A stretch of DNA of 64,000 nt from Candidatus Schekmanbacteria bacterium (GTDB lineage Bacteria > Schekmanbacteria > GWA2-38-11 > J061): the NCBI GenBank assembly GCA_016219965.1, contig JACRJM010000003.1, positions 130,299 to 194,298 of the forward strand. The letters are read 5' to 3'. The notes under the pieces are model-generated. The model made no database searches. It saw only the letters and a list, made by a program, of their open reading frames with translations, and was not told where the DNA came from. Below, in pieces: positions 28,526 to 38,333 of this stretch. The position numbers and the translations under genes were made by a program. Positions within the stretch are counted from its first letter, which is position 1. Every line of letters starts with the position of its first letter.

Positions 28526-30589
28526 TTAGTTTTTTACAGGTACGAAGAATCTTGGTTTTACAGGACCTTTTTCCCCTTCAGGAGTCTGCCAGACAAGCAT
28601 GAATCTGGCGCTTCCGGACTTTTTTATTGATATATCGATCAGGTGGAATCCGGCATCAGCCTGTACGCTGTAAGTGCTGATACTATTTTCACTGCTTAAA
28701 GGATGTATCTTGGATTTGTCTATTGAAAATTCAATGTTGCCTTTGGACAAGAGAGCGAATCTGTATGTCCCGCTGGCAGGGAACAACAACATGGTATCTA
28801 TGGATATTGATCTTATTTTTTCCGGTACAATCGGATTATCCCAGTAGCCTGTCATGGCAAGCCATATTTTTTCCGGATTATCGCTGTATTCTCGCTGTAT
28901 TGACATTAATACTGATTTGCGTGAAGGTACGATTCTCCTCTCTTCGTCACGGATAATGTTCTCAATTGATTTGTAAACAGAAATAAGCTGTACCCCTTCG
29001 GATGAAACTGTGTAGTCAGGAATCATGTAATCATAGCAGAACCATTCAAGGCTTTTAAAAACTCCCTGTCTGCTGTTGAGCACCAGATAATCATAAGACT
29101 TGTTGAATGAATAGGCATCAGTCGTGCTGTATCCGTTTTCTATGAACGAACTGTCAATATATCCATTTTTATTATAAAATTTGAGCTGTCTTAATTCATC
29201 AGGCAATGCGCAATAAAGGATCTTCTTCCCTTTGTAACGCTCTTTGAGAACATAAAGAAAATCCTTATTGAAGGTATCTCCCCAGTAAGTAGTTTCAAGC
29301 TTTATCTTCTGCGCGCCACTTAACCCTCCGATCAAAATGTTATAGTATGAAAGTTCGTAGGGATGTATCATCAAGAGCGAGACAAAAGGGAATATGAGGA
29401 ATAAAGAACATGCTGCTATTCTGTGCCATACTTTTTTCCCATAGCGGTCAACAATCATAGCGGCACCTATTCCGCTTAGTCCTGCAATAAAAGTAAATGC
29501 CGGAAGGAAAAGCCGCACACTATCATATTTTGGAATACCCGGAGACGATGCTGCGCCGAGCATCACTGCTGCATTGACGAGGAAAAGCAACATCATACTC
29601 ATTTTCTGATCTGTAATTTTTCCTGATCTTTTCCCTTCTTTTATTATGTTTATAATACTTGCAATTGCCGCTATAAGCATTAATGGCGGAACAGTAAAAA
29701 TGACCATGACAGGTACATAGTGCCACGGGATATCCCAGGATTTTAATTCGCCGAGATAATAGGTGAATTTAAAATTTGTTGAAAGATCTCCTATCTGGTC
29801 TTGCTCAAAACCCATGGCACGATTAAATGTATTGTGCCAGAGCCATGGCCATGAAATAATGAATACAGGGAACGTAAAAAAAGTCATTGAGAGGAAATTC
29901 ATCTTTGCCCGTCTGTCGCGGGTAAGTATATACCAGATTACTAAAGCTGCCGGTATAAGAAGTGCATGGATCTTTGTAGAAAGAGAAAGCCCAAGCAGTA
30001 TCCCTGTTGCAAGCGCCCACCGCCTGCTTTGAAGTCCGTAAACAAATGAGAAAACCGTTAGAAACCACATAGCTGAGATTGGGGTATCCAGGGCAAAGAT
30101 ATGCGCGTGCCCGAAGACATGAGGCATAAGTATTAAAGAGACGCTTGAAAGAAGGCCTGCCATTGCGCCAAAATATTTTGAAACAAGGAGAAAAAGCAGC
30201 ATGCTCTCGATGGCAAAAAAAACTGCGGAAGGGAGTCGATATGCCCTGTATTCACCAATTACGTCTTTGAGGGAATACCATGAAAGCCCCCCCATGAACC
30301 TGGCAAGAGGAGGGTGCCAGTTTACCCTGTCTCCACCTTCTACAAGTGCGCCAAAATATTTGTCAGCAACCTCCTTAGAAGCAAAACTTAAATCTCCTCT
30401 TTTAATATCGTGCACTGCAAGTTTTAGCCAGTCTGTATAAAGCTTAGCCGCATCATCATTAATGTAGACCTCATCCCAGGATATTCCTATGTCAGTCAGG
30501 GTAAAAAGCACCGGCAGAAAGGAAAAAATAAAAACCAACAGTCCCGATATTTTCCTGTTTTCCCTTAACATGGCAGCAAGACTCTTCAT
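28526..30589 (-). CDS. GT-C fold membrane glycosyltransferase (PMT/ArnT-like) with a C-terminal periplasmic domain
   Basis: About 11 TM helices. The first-loop motif DIGISWDEVYIND (DE motif) is present. The last roughly 200 aa are soluble. Confidence 0.5.
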   Translation of the reverse strand: MKSLAAMLRENRKISGLLVFIFSFLPVLFTLTDIGISWDEVYINDDAAKLYTDWLKLAVHDIKRGDLSFASKEVADKYFGALVEGGDRVNWHPPLARFMGGLSWYSLKDVIGEYRAYRLPSAVFFAIESMLLFLLVSKYFGAMAGLLSSVSLILMPHVFGHAHIFALDTPISAMWFLTVFSFVYGLQSRRWALATGILLGLSLSTKIHALLIPAALVIWYILTRDRRAKMNFLSMTFFTFPVFIISWPWLWHNTFNRAMGFEQDQIGDLSTNFKFTYYLGELKSWDIPWHYVPVMVIFTVPPLMLIAAIASIINIIKEGKRSGKITDQKMSMMLLFLVNAAVMLGAASSPGIPKYDSVRLFLPAFTFIAGLSGIGAAMIVDRYGKKVWHRIAACSLFLIFPFVSLLMIHPYELSYYNILIGGLSGAQKIKLETTYWGDTFNKDFLYVLKERYKGKKILYCALPDELRQLKFYNKNGYIDSSFIENGYSTTDAYSFNKSYDYLVLNSRQGVFKSLEWFCYDYMIPDYTVSSEGVQLISVYKSIENIIRDEERRIVPSRKSVLMSIQREYSDNPEKIWLAMTGYWDNPIVPEKIRSISIDTMLLFPASGTYRFALLSKGNIEFSIDKSKIHPLSSENSISTYSVQADAGFHLIDISIKKSGSARFMLVWQTPEGEKGPVKPRFFVPVKN

Positions 30590-32055
30590 TTCAATTTTAT
30601 AATAGCGCCGTAGGGTGTAGCCTCAATCTCTTTATAGTTTTTGTCTCTTCTAATCTTCTCTGCTTCTATTGAGGCAACAAGCACTGCTCCTTTTTTTTGG
30701 AGGACACCGATGTTGCCAGATGTTACATCCTCTATATCAACATACCAGCCTCTTCTGCCTGAAAGGTAAAAAAGCGACGGTACTGGGGTGACAGCTTCTG
30801 TTCCTGCAACTATGATAAGATCATTTTGGCTGGTCGCTCCGGCTATCTGTTCAGAAGTTTTGAGCAGCCTTTTGTCAACCTTGTAAAATCCATTTTCCAT
30901 GTACATTTTCCCTTCGAGTGTATAATAGCCTGAAAAAAGAATGGCAGAGGCAAATATTAAAACAACCGCTGCTTTTGCAATCACAGATGTTCCACTGGAT
31001 TGCAAAACAGGCATCATCCCCTTTCCTGCAATTATTGAGAATGGTACAAGAAAGGGCAAAAGATAATAATCATGGGAGTAAAATCCTTTAGCAACAAGGA
31101 TTGCAACAGCAGGAAGGAGAGTGAGCCAGATATAAATCCAGTTTCTCTTTGAATCTTTTTCTTCGATTAGCAAACCTGCACAAAATGTAATCAGTCCTAC
31201 AGGAGTTATCATAAGCGTAAAAAGCCGTTTAAAAATTTTTTCATAAAATAAAACACTTCTCCAGTCATAACCTGATGTGAATTTAAGAAACCCGCCGGAG
31301 AGTATTCCGAAGGTGAGGCCTGTTTTCTGATAAATAAAATATGCATACACATACCAGAAAATCGGAGGAAGCAATGCTATAGAACTGAAGACCGAGATAT
31401 CTTTCCCAAATTTTTTTAAATTGGACGAGTTCCGGTATATGATGAATGCAAAGACAACCATCAGATAAAGTACAAGGACCTTGACAAGCAGGGCAAGGGC
31501 AAAGAATAGCGCCGAGAGATGAATATAATATTTTCTCCCTCCTTCCTTCCACAGCAGCAGCATATAAAGTGACAACACAATAAAAAAGATGAGAAGCATT
31601 TCAGGCATGAAAGTCCTCGAATAATAGATAGAGAGAGGAGAGAATGTGAAAAAGAAAAGGGAAGCACAGGCACAATCTTCCCCATATAGTATCCGGACTA
31701 TCAGGTAGAATACAACCGCAGACAAAGAAAACAGAAAGACAGAGAATAATCTTCCTAAAATGTCATATTCCCCTGCTATCCTGTACAATAAAGAAACTGA
31801 ATACTGAAAAAGCGGGAATTCGGATTCAACAAGACCGGAAGAATCTCCTCCCCAGTCTATCTGGGGTGAAAGGATAGAAGTTCCGTTAAGATAAAAATTC
31901 CTTGCCATTGACGCGGTGTCGCACTGTCTCCAGTTCTGATGGTCGGCAAGAGGAGAATCTATTTTATAGAGTCTTACAGCTATGCCGGAGCCAATTATTA
32001 TGGCAGCTAATAAAAAATATATCCGGACTTTTTTCAGATTAGTTTTACTTTTCAT
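30586..32055 (-). CDS. GT-C fold membrane glycosyltransferase (GT39/ArnT-like)
   Basis: The N-terminal loop motif WRQCDTASMARNFY is typical of bacterial PMT_2/ArnT-like proteins. Polytopic membrane protein. Confidence 0.55.
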   Translation of the reverse strand: MKSKTNLKKVRIYFLLAAIIIGSGIAVRLYKIDSPLADHQNWRQCDTASMARNFYLNGTSILSPQIDWGGDSSGLVESEFPLFQYSVSLLYRIAGEYDILGRLFSVFLFSLSAVVFYLIVRILYGEDCACASLFFFTFSPLSIYYSRTFMPEMLLIFFIVLSLYMLLLWKEGGRKYYIHLSALFFALALLVKVLVLYLMVVFAFIIYRNSSNLKKFGKDISVFSSIALLPPIFWYVYAYFIYQKTGLTFGILSGGFLKFTSGYDWRSVLFYEKIFKRLFTLMITPVGLITFCAGLLIEEKDSKRNWIYIWLTLLPAVAILVAKGFYSHDYYLLPFLVPFSIIAGKGMMPVLQSSGTSVIAKAAVVLIFASAILFSGYYTLEGKMYMENGFYKVDKRLLKTSEQIAGATSQNDLIIVAGTEAVTPVPSLFYLSGRRGWYVDIEDVTSGNIGVLQKKGAVLVASIEAEKIRRDKNYKEIEATPYGAIIKLK

Positions 32056-32126
32056 AAAAAGTTAAAAAAGATATAGTCAATCTACTTATACTACAAATCA
32101 TTGAAGTGATATTACATAAAATTTAA

Positions 32127-33272
32127 ATGAAGATTGCCTATATAACCCACGAGACTTTCTTTCCTCCAAAAGGAGGCGGTGCCGTACGGGTACTGAATAT
32201 AGCAAAGGCTTTTGCAAAAAAAGGGCATGAGGTAAAATTATTTGCGCCCTATGGGGATTTATATAGCGGAGAAAAGGAAATAATCCCGGATGTAGCTTTC
32301 ATCCCTGTCTCTAAGATTGAAAGGTTTAAAACAAAAAACAAGGAAACTGCTTATATAAAATTTCTGTTCAGTTTGACTTCTCTTCTTATTAAAGAGAAGT
32401 TTGACCTTCTCTTTTCTCATATTGCAGTAGCAGGAACCTCCGGAGCCCTTGTTAAGACCATAAAGAGGAAACCCGCAGTAATAGACCTTGACGATATAAT
32501 ATCAGGACTTTCCGGAATATCTTTTGTCCAGAGATATGGACCTCCTTTTGAATTTTTTATTCCGGTTTTTTATGACAGAGTCATATGCATGTCTGAGTCT
32601 CTCGCCAAAAGGGTCTCCATGGTAAAAAAAGACCATGTCTTTGTAGTCCCTCATGGCGCAGACTTTGGGCTATTTTATCCGGGGGGAGAAAGCAGGAAAG
32701 AAAGACACTTTGTTTTTTCAGGCGGCATAGAAAAACATGACGGAGTTGATTTGATTCTCATGGCAGCAAAGGAGCTGATTGATAAATATCCTGATATGAA
32801 GATCACTATTTTAGGCGATGGGAGCGAACTTTCACGAAATATGGAATTAAGCAGGGAGCTTGGACTGTCCAGCATTGTAGAGTTTAAAGGCTGGATAGAG
32901 CATGAGCGAGTCCCTGAATATCTGAGGCACGCGTGTGCCGGGATTGTTTCTGACAGAAGGCGGGCGGCGACTGAAGTAGCCCTTGTAGTAAGAGGCGTCG
33001 AATATATGGCATCAGGTATCCCTGTAATAGCTCCTGACCACGGCGGAACACGCGAGCTGCTGGGTGATGACGGTGAAAGAGGCATTATATTCAGGAGCGG
33101 TGATTATCCGGACCTTGCTTCCAAAATGGCATGGGTTATGGATAATCCTGACGAAGCTTATAATATTGGAATAAAAGGACGCAAGTATGCAGAAGTCAAT
33201 TATTGCTGGGAAAATAATGCGGAGCGCATAGTTAAGATATGCGAAGCAGTATATAGAGAGAAAAGCTCTTAG
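32127..33272 (+). CDS. GT4 family (GT-B) glycosyltransferase
   Basis: N-terminal HETFFPPKGGGAVRVLNIA. The C-terminal E-x7-E region is …GIPVIAPDHGGTRELL…. Confidence 0.75.
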   Translation: MKIAYITHETFFPPKGGGAVRVLNIAKAFAKKGHEVKLFAPYGDLYSGEKEIIPDVAFIPVSKIERFKTKNKETAYIKFLFSLTSLLIKEKFDLLFSHIAVAGTSGALVKTIKRKPAVIDLDDIISGLSGISFVQRYGPPFEFFIPVFYDRVICMSESLAKRVSMVKKDHVFVVPHGADFGLFYPGGESRKERHFVFSGGIEKHDGVDLILMAAKELIDKYPDMKITILGDGSELSRNMELSRELGLSSIVEFKGWIEHERVPEYLRHACAGIVSDRRRAATEVALVVRGVEYMASGIPVIAPDHGGTRELLGDDGERGIIFRSGDYPDLASKMAWVMDNPDEAYNIGIKGRKYAEVNYCWENNAERIVKICEAVYREKSS

Positions 33273-33275
33273 AAA

Positions 33276-34226
33276 ATGTATATCCTTATCACCATTGATT
33301 GTGAAAATACTTACCGGCAATTCCCATTCAATGACTTCACATTAGTAAATATGGATGGGAAATCATATGGCATCCCCATGATAATGGAAGCTCTTGACAA
33401 AAGGGGAATAAAGGGGAATTTTTTTCTCGATACCTGCGCGGCAGAATATTACGGAAATGATACTGTTGCCTCTGTAGCTTCTCTTATTTCTGAACAAGGA
33501 CATGAAGTTGAACTTCATACACACCCTCTTGACGGGGATTTCTGCCGGATAGGCCGGGAAAAGCAAAAAGAGATAATCGAGAGAGGAATTGCCCTTATAA
33601 AATCTGTTGCCCGAAAACCGCCATACGCATTCAGAGCAGGAAGCTATATGATGGATGAATCAGGGCTGGCAATATTGAAAGAATATGGAATAACGGCAGA
33701 CTGCAGCAACTATTATGGCGTTTCACCCTTGTCAGTTACCAGGAATGCAGTAAAAAAAATAAACGGGATTTATGAGTTCCCTGTTTCCTTCTTCAGACTA
33801 CATATTTCCCCGGCAATAAGCACTTTCAATAGAATTGCAGGCACACATTTGTTGTATAACGGGAACTGCAAACTCGACATAAACTGGATGAACATTTCAG
33901 GGCTTAAAAGAGTTATAGATACTTTTGCACTTAATGGAACAGCTGTCCTTGTAATATTCCTGCACAGTTACAGCTTTGCAGATGAAAAAAAACTGGCTCA
34001 GGGGAAACGCGGCAAAGATGTAATCAAAGGCGAAGTAATAAAAAGGTTTAACGGTCTTCTGGATTATTTTAGTTCAGAAAATGAATTCGAAGTTGTTACG
34101 ATAAAATGGCTTCTTGAAAAAATGAATGAGGATAACAACTTTAGCGAAAAAATCCTCTCTGCCCCTGATTATGTTCCCCATGATATCTGGGGAATTGATG
34201 TCAGTCATCTAAGGTTAAAAAGATAG
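33276..34226 (+). CDS. Polysaccharide deacetylase-like (CE4-related) protein
   Basis: ILITIDCE…HEVELHTHP resembles a variant NodB motif 1/2. Confidence 0.4.
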   Translation: MYILITIDCENTYRQFPFNDFTLVNMDGKSYGIPMIMEALDKRGIKGNFFLDTCAAEYYGNDTVASVASLISEQGHEVELHTHPLDGDFCRIGREKQKEIIERGIALIKSVARKPPYAFRAGSYMMDESGLAILKEYGITADCSNYYGVSPLSVTRNAVKKINGIYEFPVSFFRLHISPAISTFNRIAGTHLLYNGNCKLDINWMNISGLKRVIDTFALNGTAVLVIFLHSYSFADEKKLAQGKRGKDVIKGEVIKRFNGLLDYFSSENEFEVVTIKWLLEKMNEDNNFSEKILSAPDYVPHDIWGIDVSHLRLKR

Positions 34227-34240
34227 CATTGAGCGGGAAA

Positions 34241-35155
34241 TTATTTCTCTTTCTTCTCTGAAAAGTACTCAACCACCATTTCTCCCAAAAATCCAAGCGA
34301 GATTACCTGCACCCCAAGTATCATCAAGGCAACACCTAAAATGAGCATCGGAATATGTTCCTTGATGTCGTAAACGCTGAGCATGTAATCAGATATTACC
34401 TGGAGCATATTGATAAGAAACCCAAATGAGAAAATAGTTCCTCCGGTGGCACCGAAAAAATACATTGGCTTCTTCATGAATGACAGGCGGAATTTCACGA
34501 CGACCAGATCTATTATGCCTTCAAAAAGCCTCCTTGCACCAAACTTAGATTTGCCTGAGTTTCTCTCATACCAGTTTGTTTCAACTTCTTTGACTTTGAA
34601 ACCTTCGTGGTAAGCAATTGGAATAATATAACGGTGCCAGTTTGCCCGGAGAGGCAGTTCATTTATTACCTCTTTCCGGAAAGCTTTTATCCAGTTCTGG
34701 TCCTTTGCTTTTACTCCGAAAAGAAGGTAACAGACAAAATTATAAAGCCTTGATGCCAGTACCTTGAATTCTTTTCTCCCTACCCGGCAGCCAACTGCTA
34801 AATCATAACCTTCATTTATAACACTTAACAGTTTCGGAATGTCTTCCACCGGGTCAGACTGCATGTCGGACGGTAAAAATATAATAATGTCTCCGTCTGC
34901 ATGACTGAATCCTGTAACAAGGGCACTTGTAAGTCCTGTTCTTTTTCTGTGGTGAAATACTCTAATATTTTCATTTTTTCTCTTTAGCGATTCTGCTATC
35001 TCTCCGGTCTTATCACTGCTCCCGTCATTGATTATTATTATATTCCCCTTGAGGGATTCCTGGTGGAATGACTCATTAATCCTGCCTACAACCTTTTCAA
35101 GATTTCCTTCTTCATTGCATGCCGGAAGTACAACGCTTATTAGTGTGTCCATCAC
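34241..35155 (-). CDS. Polyprenol-phosphate glycosyltransferase (GT2; DPM1/ArnC/GtrB-like)
   Basis: ISVVLPACNEEGNL…IIINDGSSDKT…DGD with two C-terminal TM helices. This is the characteristic GtrB-type architecture. Confidence 0.75.
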   Translation of the reverse strand: MMDTLISVVLPACNEEGNLEKVVGRINESFHQESLKGNIIIINDGSSDKTGEIAESLKRKNENIRVFHHRKRTGLTSALVTGFSHADGDIIIFLPSDMQSDPVEDIPKLLSVINEGYDLAVGCRVGRKEFKVLASRLYNFVCYLLFGVKAKDQNWIKAFRKEVINELPLRANWHRYIIPIAYHEGFKVKEVETNWYERNSGKSKFGARRLFEGIIDLVVVKFRLSFMKKPMYFFGATGGTIFSFGFLINMLQVISDYMLSVYDIKEHIPMLILGVALMILGVQVISLGFLGEMVVEYFSEKKEK

Positions 35156-37029
35156 CTGTATTCCACTTCTATCAGATGTTTCCCTTGTTCAAGTATTATA
35201 AGCCCTTTTTCCCTGTAAGAATCAGAACTTAGAGAATTGCCATCAACTTTTATCTCTACTATATCACTGCTCTGCTGTAATTTCAAAGTTTGCCCCTGAG
35301 CTAATGCTTCTGCATCAATTTTAAGGCTCTTGCCTGTCCTGTATGAGAATACCCTGCTTTTTTTCCGTATATTGAAATAATCGACGAGATTGTTTATCCC
35401 TGTTTTCCATATCCTGTCATCCCCTGATATAAAAGCAGTTATTCTTTCCAGTTTTTCCTTTGATTTTGCATTTGTAACACAGTAGTGAGGATGGAAGAGA
35501 AGGACTACCGGAGAATTGAATTTTTCCGCTGAATCCCTGATTATAGATTCAATCTGCTCAACTGAAAGCTTCCCGTGCGGTTCATGAACCTGAAACGGCA
35601 GTTCGTAAATCTGTGCGGGTGTCCCGTTATCATTTTCCGGGTTATATGGGAACCCTGTGCCAAATATATATCCACCCATATTTCTGCCGGGGCCGAATGA
35701 AGAGTCTATCTTGATCCCTGCCTGTTGAAGAATCAGAAATATCTTTGCTGGATCACTTTCTGCAACAAGGTAGTGTATGCGCGAAACAGAGGCTGGTTCT
35801 GATCCGCTTATTTCACTGAGCTTCTTTATTTGTGATGATAAAGACTTCTCTTTCTCCATGTGCATCCCTGTAACAGTTGCATGTAAATGAAAGCGGTTCC
35901 AATGAATACCTGTTCCAAGTCTGCGGTTTCTTAAAAGTTCAAATGTTGAATGTCTGGCAGGAGTGGAAGACATCATAAAGAACATAGGATTCAGTTTTGA
36001 TACATCTCCCATTGAAAGAACGTCTGCTGCCTCGTCACCGCAGTAATCCTCATCAAATGTAAGAATAGCTGCGGAAGATTTTCCATCAGGGTAATACCAC
36101 CATGTAGGCACTTTTTCACATTCTGCCGCAGTCAAAATTATGGAGCGTTCGAAAATATCGAGGAACGGCATTGCCTCATATCTTTTATTATTGAGACAAC
36201 TGGAATCACTAGTCTGCCTGTGGCTTAGACTGATAAGGGAAATCGCTTTCGATATAATTTGTTTTTTACTCTTTTCCCCGCCCTGAGAAAGCAGAAAGCG
36301 CCAATCTGAGATTTTGAAAAATATGCTTACCACTATTCCTTTCCCGGACCGGCATCTCAGGATTATGGGAAGGCCATCAACCTCTGATATTATTTCTTCA
36401 TTTTCAACCTGCGATGTAATCTGTCTGCATAAGAGCTTGGGCAGTCCAGTAGGAAAGAGGCTCTTGTCGCTGCCGCGGCTGGAGAACCTAATCCCGTTCA
36501 GATTTATGTTAATTAAAGGACCTGTTGAAACCCCTGTTAAAAGCTCGATCCTGTTATCAGGACATTCGAGAAGAACAGTTCTCCCTGTTTCCCTCACCAA
36601 ACCCAGGAGTTTATTGATTCTTTTTGAAGAAGAGGATATTTCTTCAACTGCTTCAGCAGTAAATATTATGACCCGGCCATTCTGAGGGATAAAGTTTTCA
36701 TCAGAAGTAAGCCTGTACATACCAAAAAACCCGCATTCTTTTGAAAGTATGTTGAGCCACTCCATTTCATGGCTATCTTTCCTGCTCCCTGTAAACGAAG
36801 AAATAACCAATATGAAATCTGCCTCTGTGTTTTGAACTTCCTCGATATTTGAGGCTGTCATCTGAGCCGGATTCTCTTTGATCAAAAGGGGAAGAAGAAT
36901 AAAAGCAATAATAGCAACAATTACAGCAAATGCGACCGGCACAATTATCGGTAAAACTTTAAGGAATGGAGAAATGACTGCAATAAACAAAAAAAGGTAA
37001 AAAAAGATTTTAAGTATATTTCTTCCCAT
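35152..37029 (-). CDS. Membrane-anchored protein of unknown function (possible deacetylase-like core)
   Basis: N-terminal TM helices followed by a large extracytoplasmic domain. The ILTFDEDYCGDEA segment is reminiscent of the CE4 motif. Overlaps the GT2 gene by 4 nt. Confidence 0.3.
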   Translation of the reverse strand: MGRNILKIFFYLFLFIAVISPFLKVLPIIVPVAFAVIVAIIAFILLPLLIKENPAQMTASNIEEVQNTEADFILVISSFTGSRKDSHEMEWLNILSKECGFFGMYRLTSDENFIPQNGRVIIFTAEAVEEISSSSKRINKLLGLVRETGRTVLLECPDNRIELLTGVSTGPLININLNGIRFSSRGSDKSLFPTGLPKLLCRQITSQVENEEIISEVDGLPIILRCRSGKGIVVSIFFKISDWRFLLSQGGEKSKKQIISKAISLISLSHRQTSDSSCLNNKRYEAMPFLDIFERSIILTAAECEKVPTWWYYPDGKSSAAILTFDEDYCGDEAADVLSMGDVSKLNPMFFMMSSTPARHSTFELLRNRRLGTGIHWNRFHLHATVTGMHMEKEKSLSSQIKKLSEISGSEPASVSRIHYLVAESDPAKIFLILQQAGIKIDSSFGPGRNMGGYIFGTGFPYNPENDNGTPAQIYELPFQVHEPHGKLSVEQIESIIRDSAEKFNSPVVLLFHPHYCVTNAKSKEKLERITAFISGDDRIWKTGINNLVDYFNIRKKSRVFSYRTGKSLKIDAEALAQGQTLKLQQSSDIVEIKVDGNSLSSDSYREKGLIILEQGKHLIEVEYR

Positions 37030-37150
37030 TTTGCCCAGTCAATCTTGATATAAGAAATTGAATTTAGTATTTAGAAGTATAATGTATTAAAATAAGTTTT
37101 GTTAAATAAAAATAAAGGAATTTATATGAATTGTTATCAAGAGACCTTAT

Positions 37151-37315
37151 ATGGATGATGTTGTACAACAAAGGACAAAATGTCCTGACTGTGATTATTG
37201 CCTTAATTGCCCTGTCAGCAGGTGCAATTTGTGCAGAGCGCAGAAGAAGAAAAGCGAGATGAAAAAATGCTGCAAGAAAGAACAACCCGAAACACCTGAG
37301 GTTAGCGAGCCTTAA
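37151..37315 (+). CDS. Small Cys-rich protein (54 aa, 8 Cys), not in the ORF track
   Basis: Hand translation gives MDDVVQQRTKCPDCDYCLNCPVSRCNLCRAQKKKSEMKKCCKKEQPETPEVSEP*. The stop lies 3 nt before the radical-SAM ATG at 37318. A possible TTGTTA-N17-TTATAT promoter lies at 37099-37127. Confidence 0.4.
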   Translation: MDDVVQQRTKCPDCDYCLNCPVSRCNLCRAQKKKSEMKKCCKKEQPETPEVSEP

Positions 37316-37317
37316 AT

Positions 37318-38331
37318 ATGAAAGAGGCATACCTTTATGAAAAACTTGATGATCTGATTGTCGGCTGTTTTCTGTGCGAACACCGCTGTAAGATAAACGA
37401 AGGGAAGAAAGGAATATGCGGAGTCCGTGAAAACAGAGGTGGGATTCTCTATTCCATTGTATATGGCATTGCATCTGCGCTTAACATAGACCCTATAGAA
37501 AAAAAACCTCTCTATCATTTCTATCCCGGATCACAGGCACTCTCTATCGCAACAATCGGCTGTAACTTTGTGTGCCGGTTCTGTCAGAACCATGATATCT
37601 CTCAGGCATCAAGGGGTGAATTTAAAAGTAAATCTGACAAAAAAATTCTTCCTGAAGATATAGTACGGATTGCAGCTGATGCCGGATGTAAAAGCATATC
37701 CTATACATACACTGAACCTACAATTTTTTTCGAATATGCCTATGATACGTCGGTGCTTGCCGTAAAGAGGGGGATAAAGAATAATTTTGTGACTAACGGT
37801 TTTATGACTCCTGAGATGCTGAACATGATTAAACCATATCTTCATGCTGCAAATGTGGATATCAAGTGCTTCAATGACAGGACTTACAGAAAACTCATGG
37901 GAGGGAGGCTGGAGCCGGTTTTAGATTCCATAAAACTGATGAAGGAGATGGGAATTTGGGTTGAGGTGACGACTCTCATAATCCCCGGAGTAAACGACTC
38001 TGATGAAGAGCTTGAGCAAATCGCTGATTTCATAGTTTCAGTGGGAAATGAAATCCCCTGGCACGTGAGCCGCTTCCACCCTGACTATAATTTTAATGAT
38101 TCACCTGCAACTCCTGAAGAACGAATCATCTCAGCCAGAGAGATCGGTATTACAGCCGGACTAAAGTATGTCTATACTGGAAACATATTCCATAATGAAG
38201 GTAACACCACGTACTGCCATGCCTGCGGAGAAACCCTTATCGAACGGGTCGGTTTGTCAGTAACCCGGTACAATGTAGTCAACGGAAAATGTCCCAAATG
38301 TAATGCTCCTCTTTCAGGAATAGGAGTATAA
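37318..38331 (+). CDS. Radical SAM enzyme, PflA-like activase of the AmmeMemoRadiSam type
   Basis: CFLCEHRC followed by CNFVCRFCQN (Cx3Cx2C). The whole protein resembles the AMMECR1/MEMO1-associated radical SAM family. Confidence 0.65.
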   Translation: MKEAYLYEKLDDLIVGCFLCEHRCKINEGKKGICGVRENRGGILYSIVYGIASALNIDPIEKKPLYHFYPGSQALSIATIGCNFVCRFCQNHDISQASRGEFKSKSDKKILPEDIVRIAADAGCKSISYTYTEPTIFFEYAYDTSVLAVKRGIKNNFVTNGFMTPEMLNMIKPYLHAANVDIKCFNDRTYRKLMGGRLEPVLDSIKLMKEMGIWVEVTTLIIPGVNDSDEELEQIADFIVSVGNEIPWHVSRFHPDYNFNDSPATPEERIISAREIGITAGLKYVYTGNIFHNEGNTTYCHACGETLIERVGLSVTRYNVVNGKCPKCNAPLSGIGV

Positions 38332-38333
38332 TT

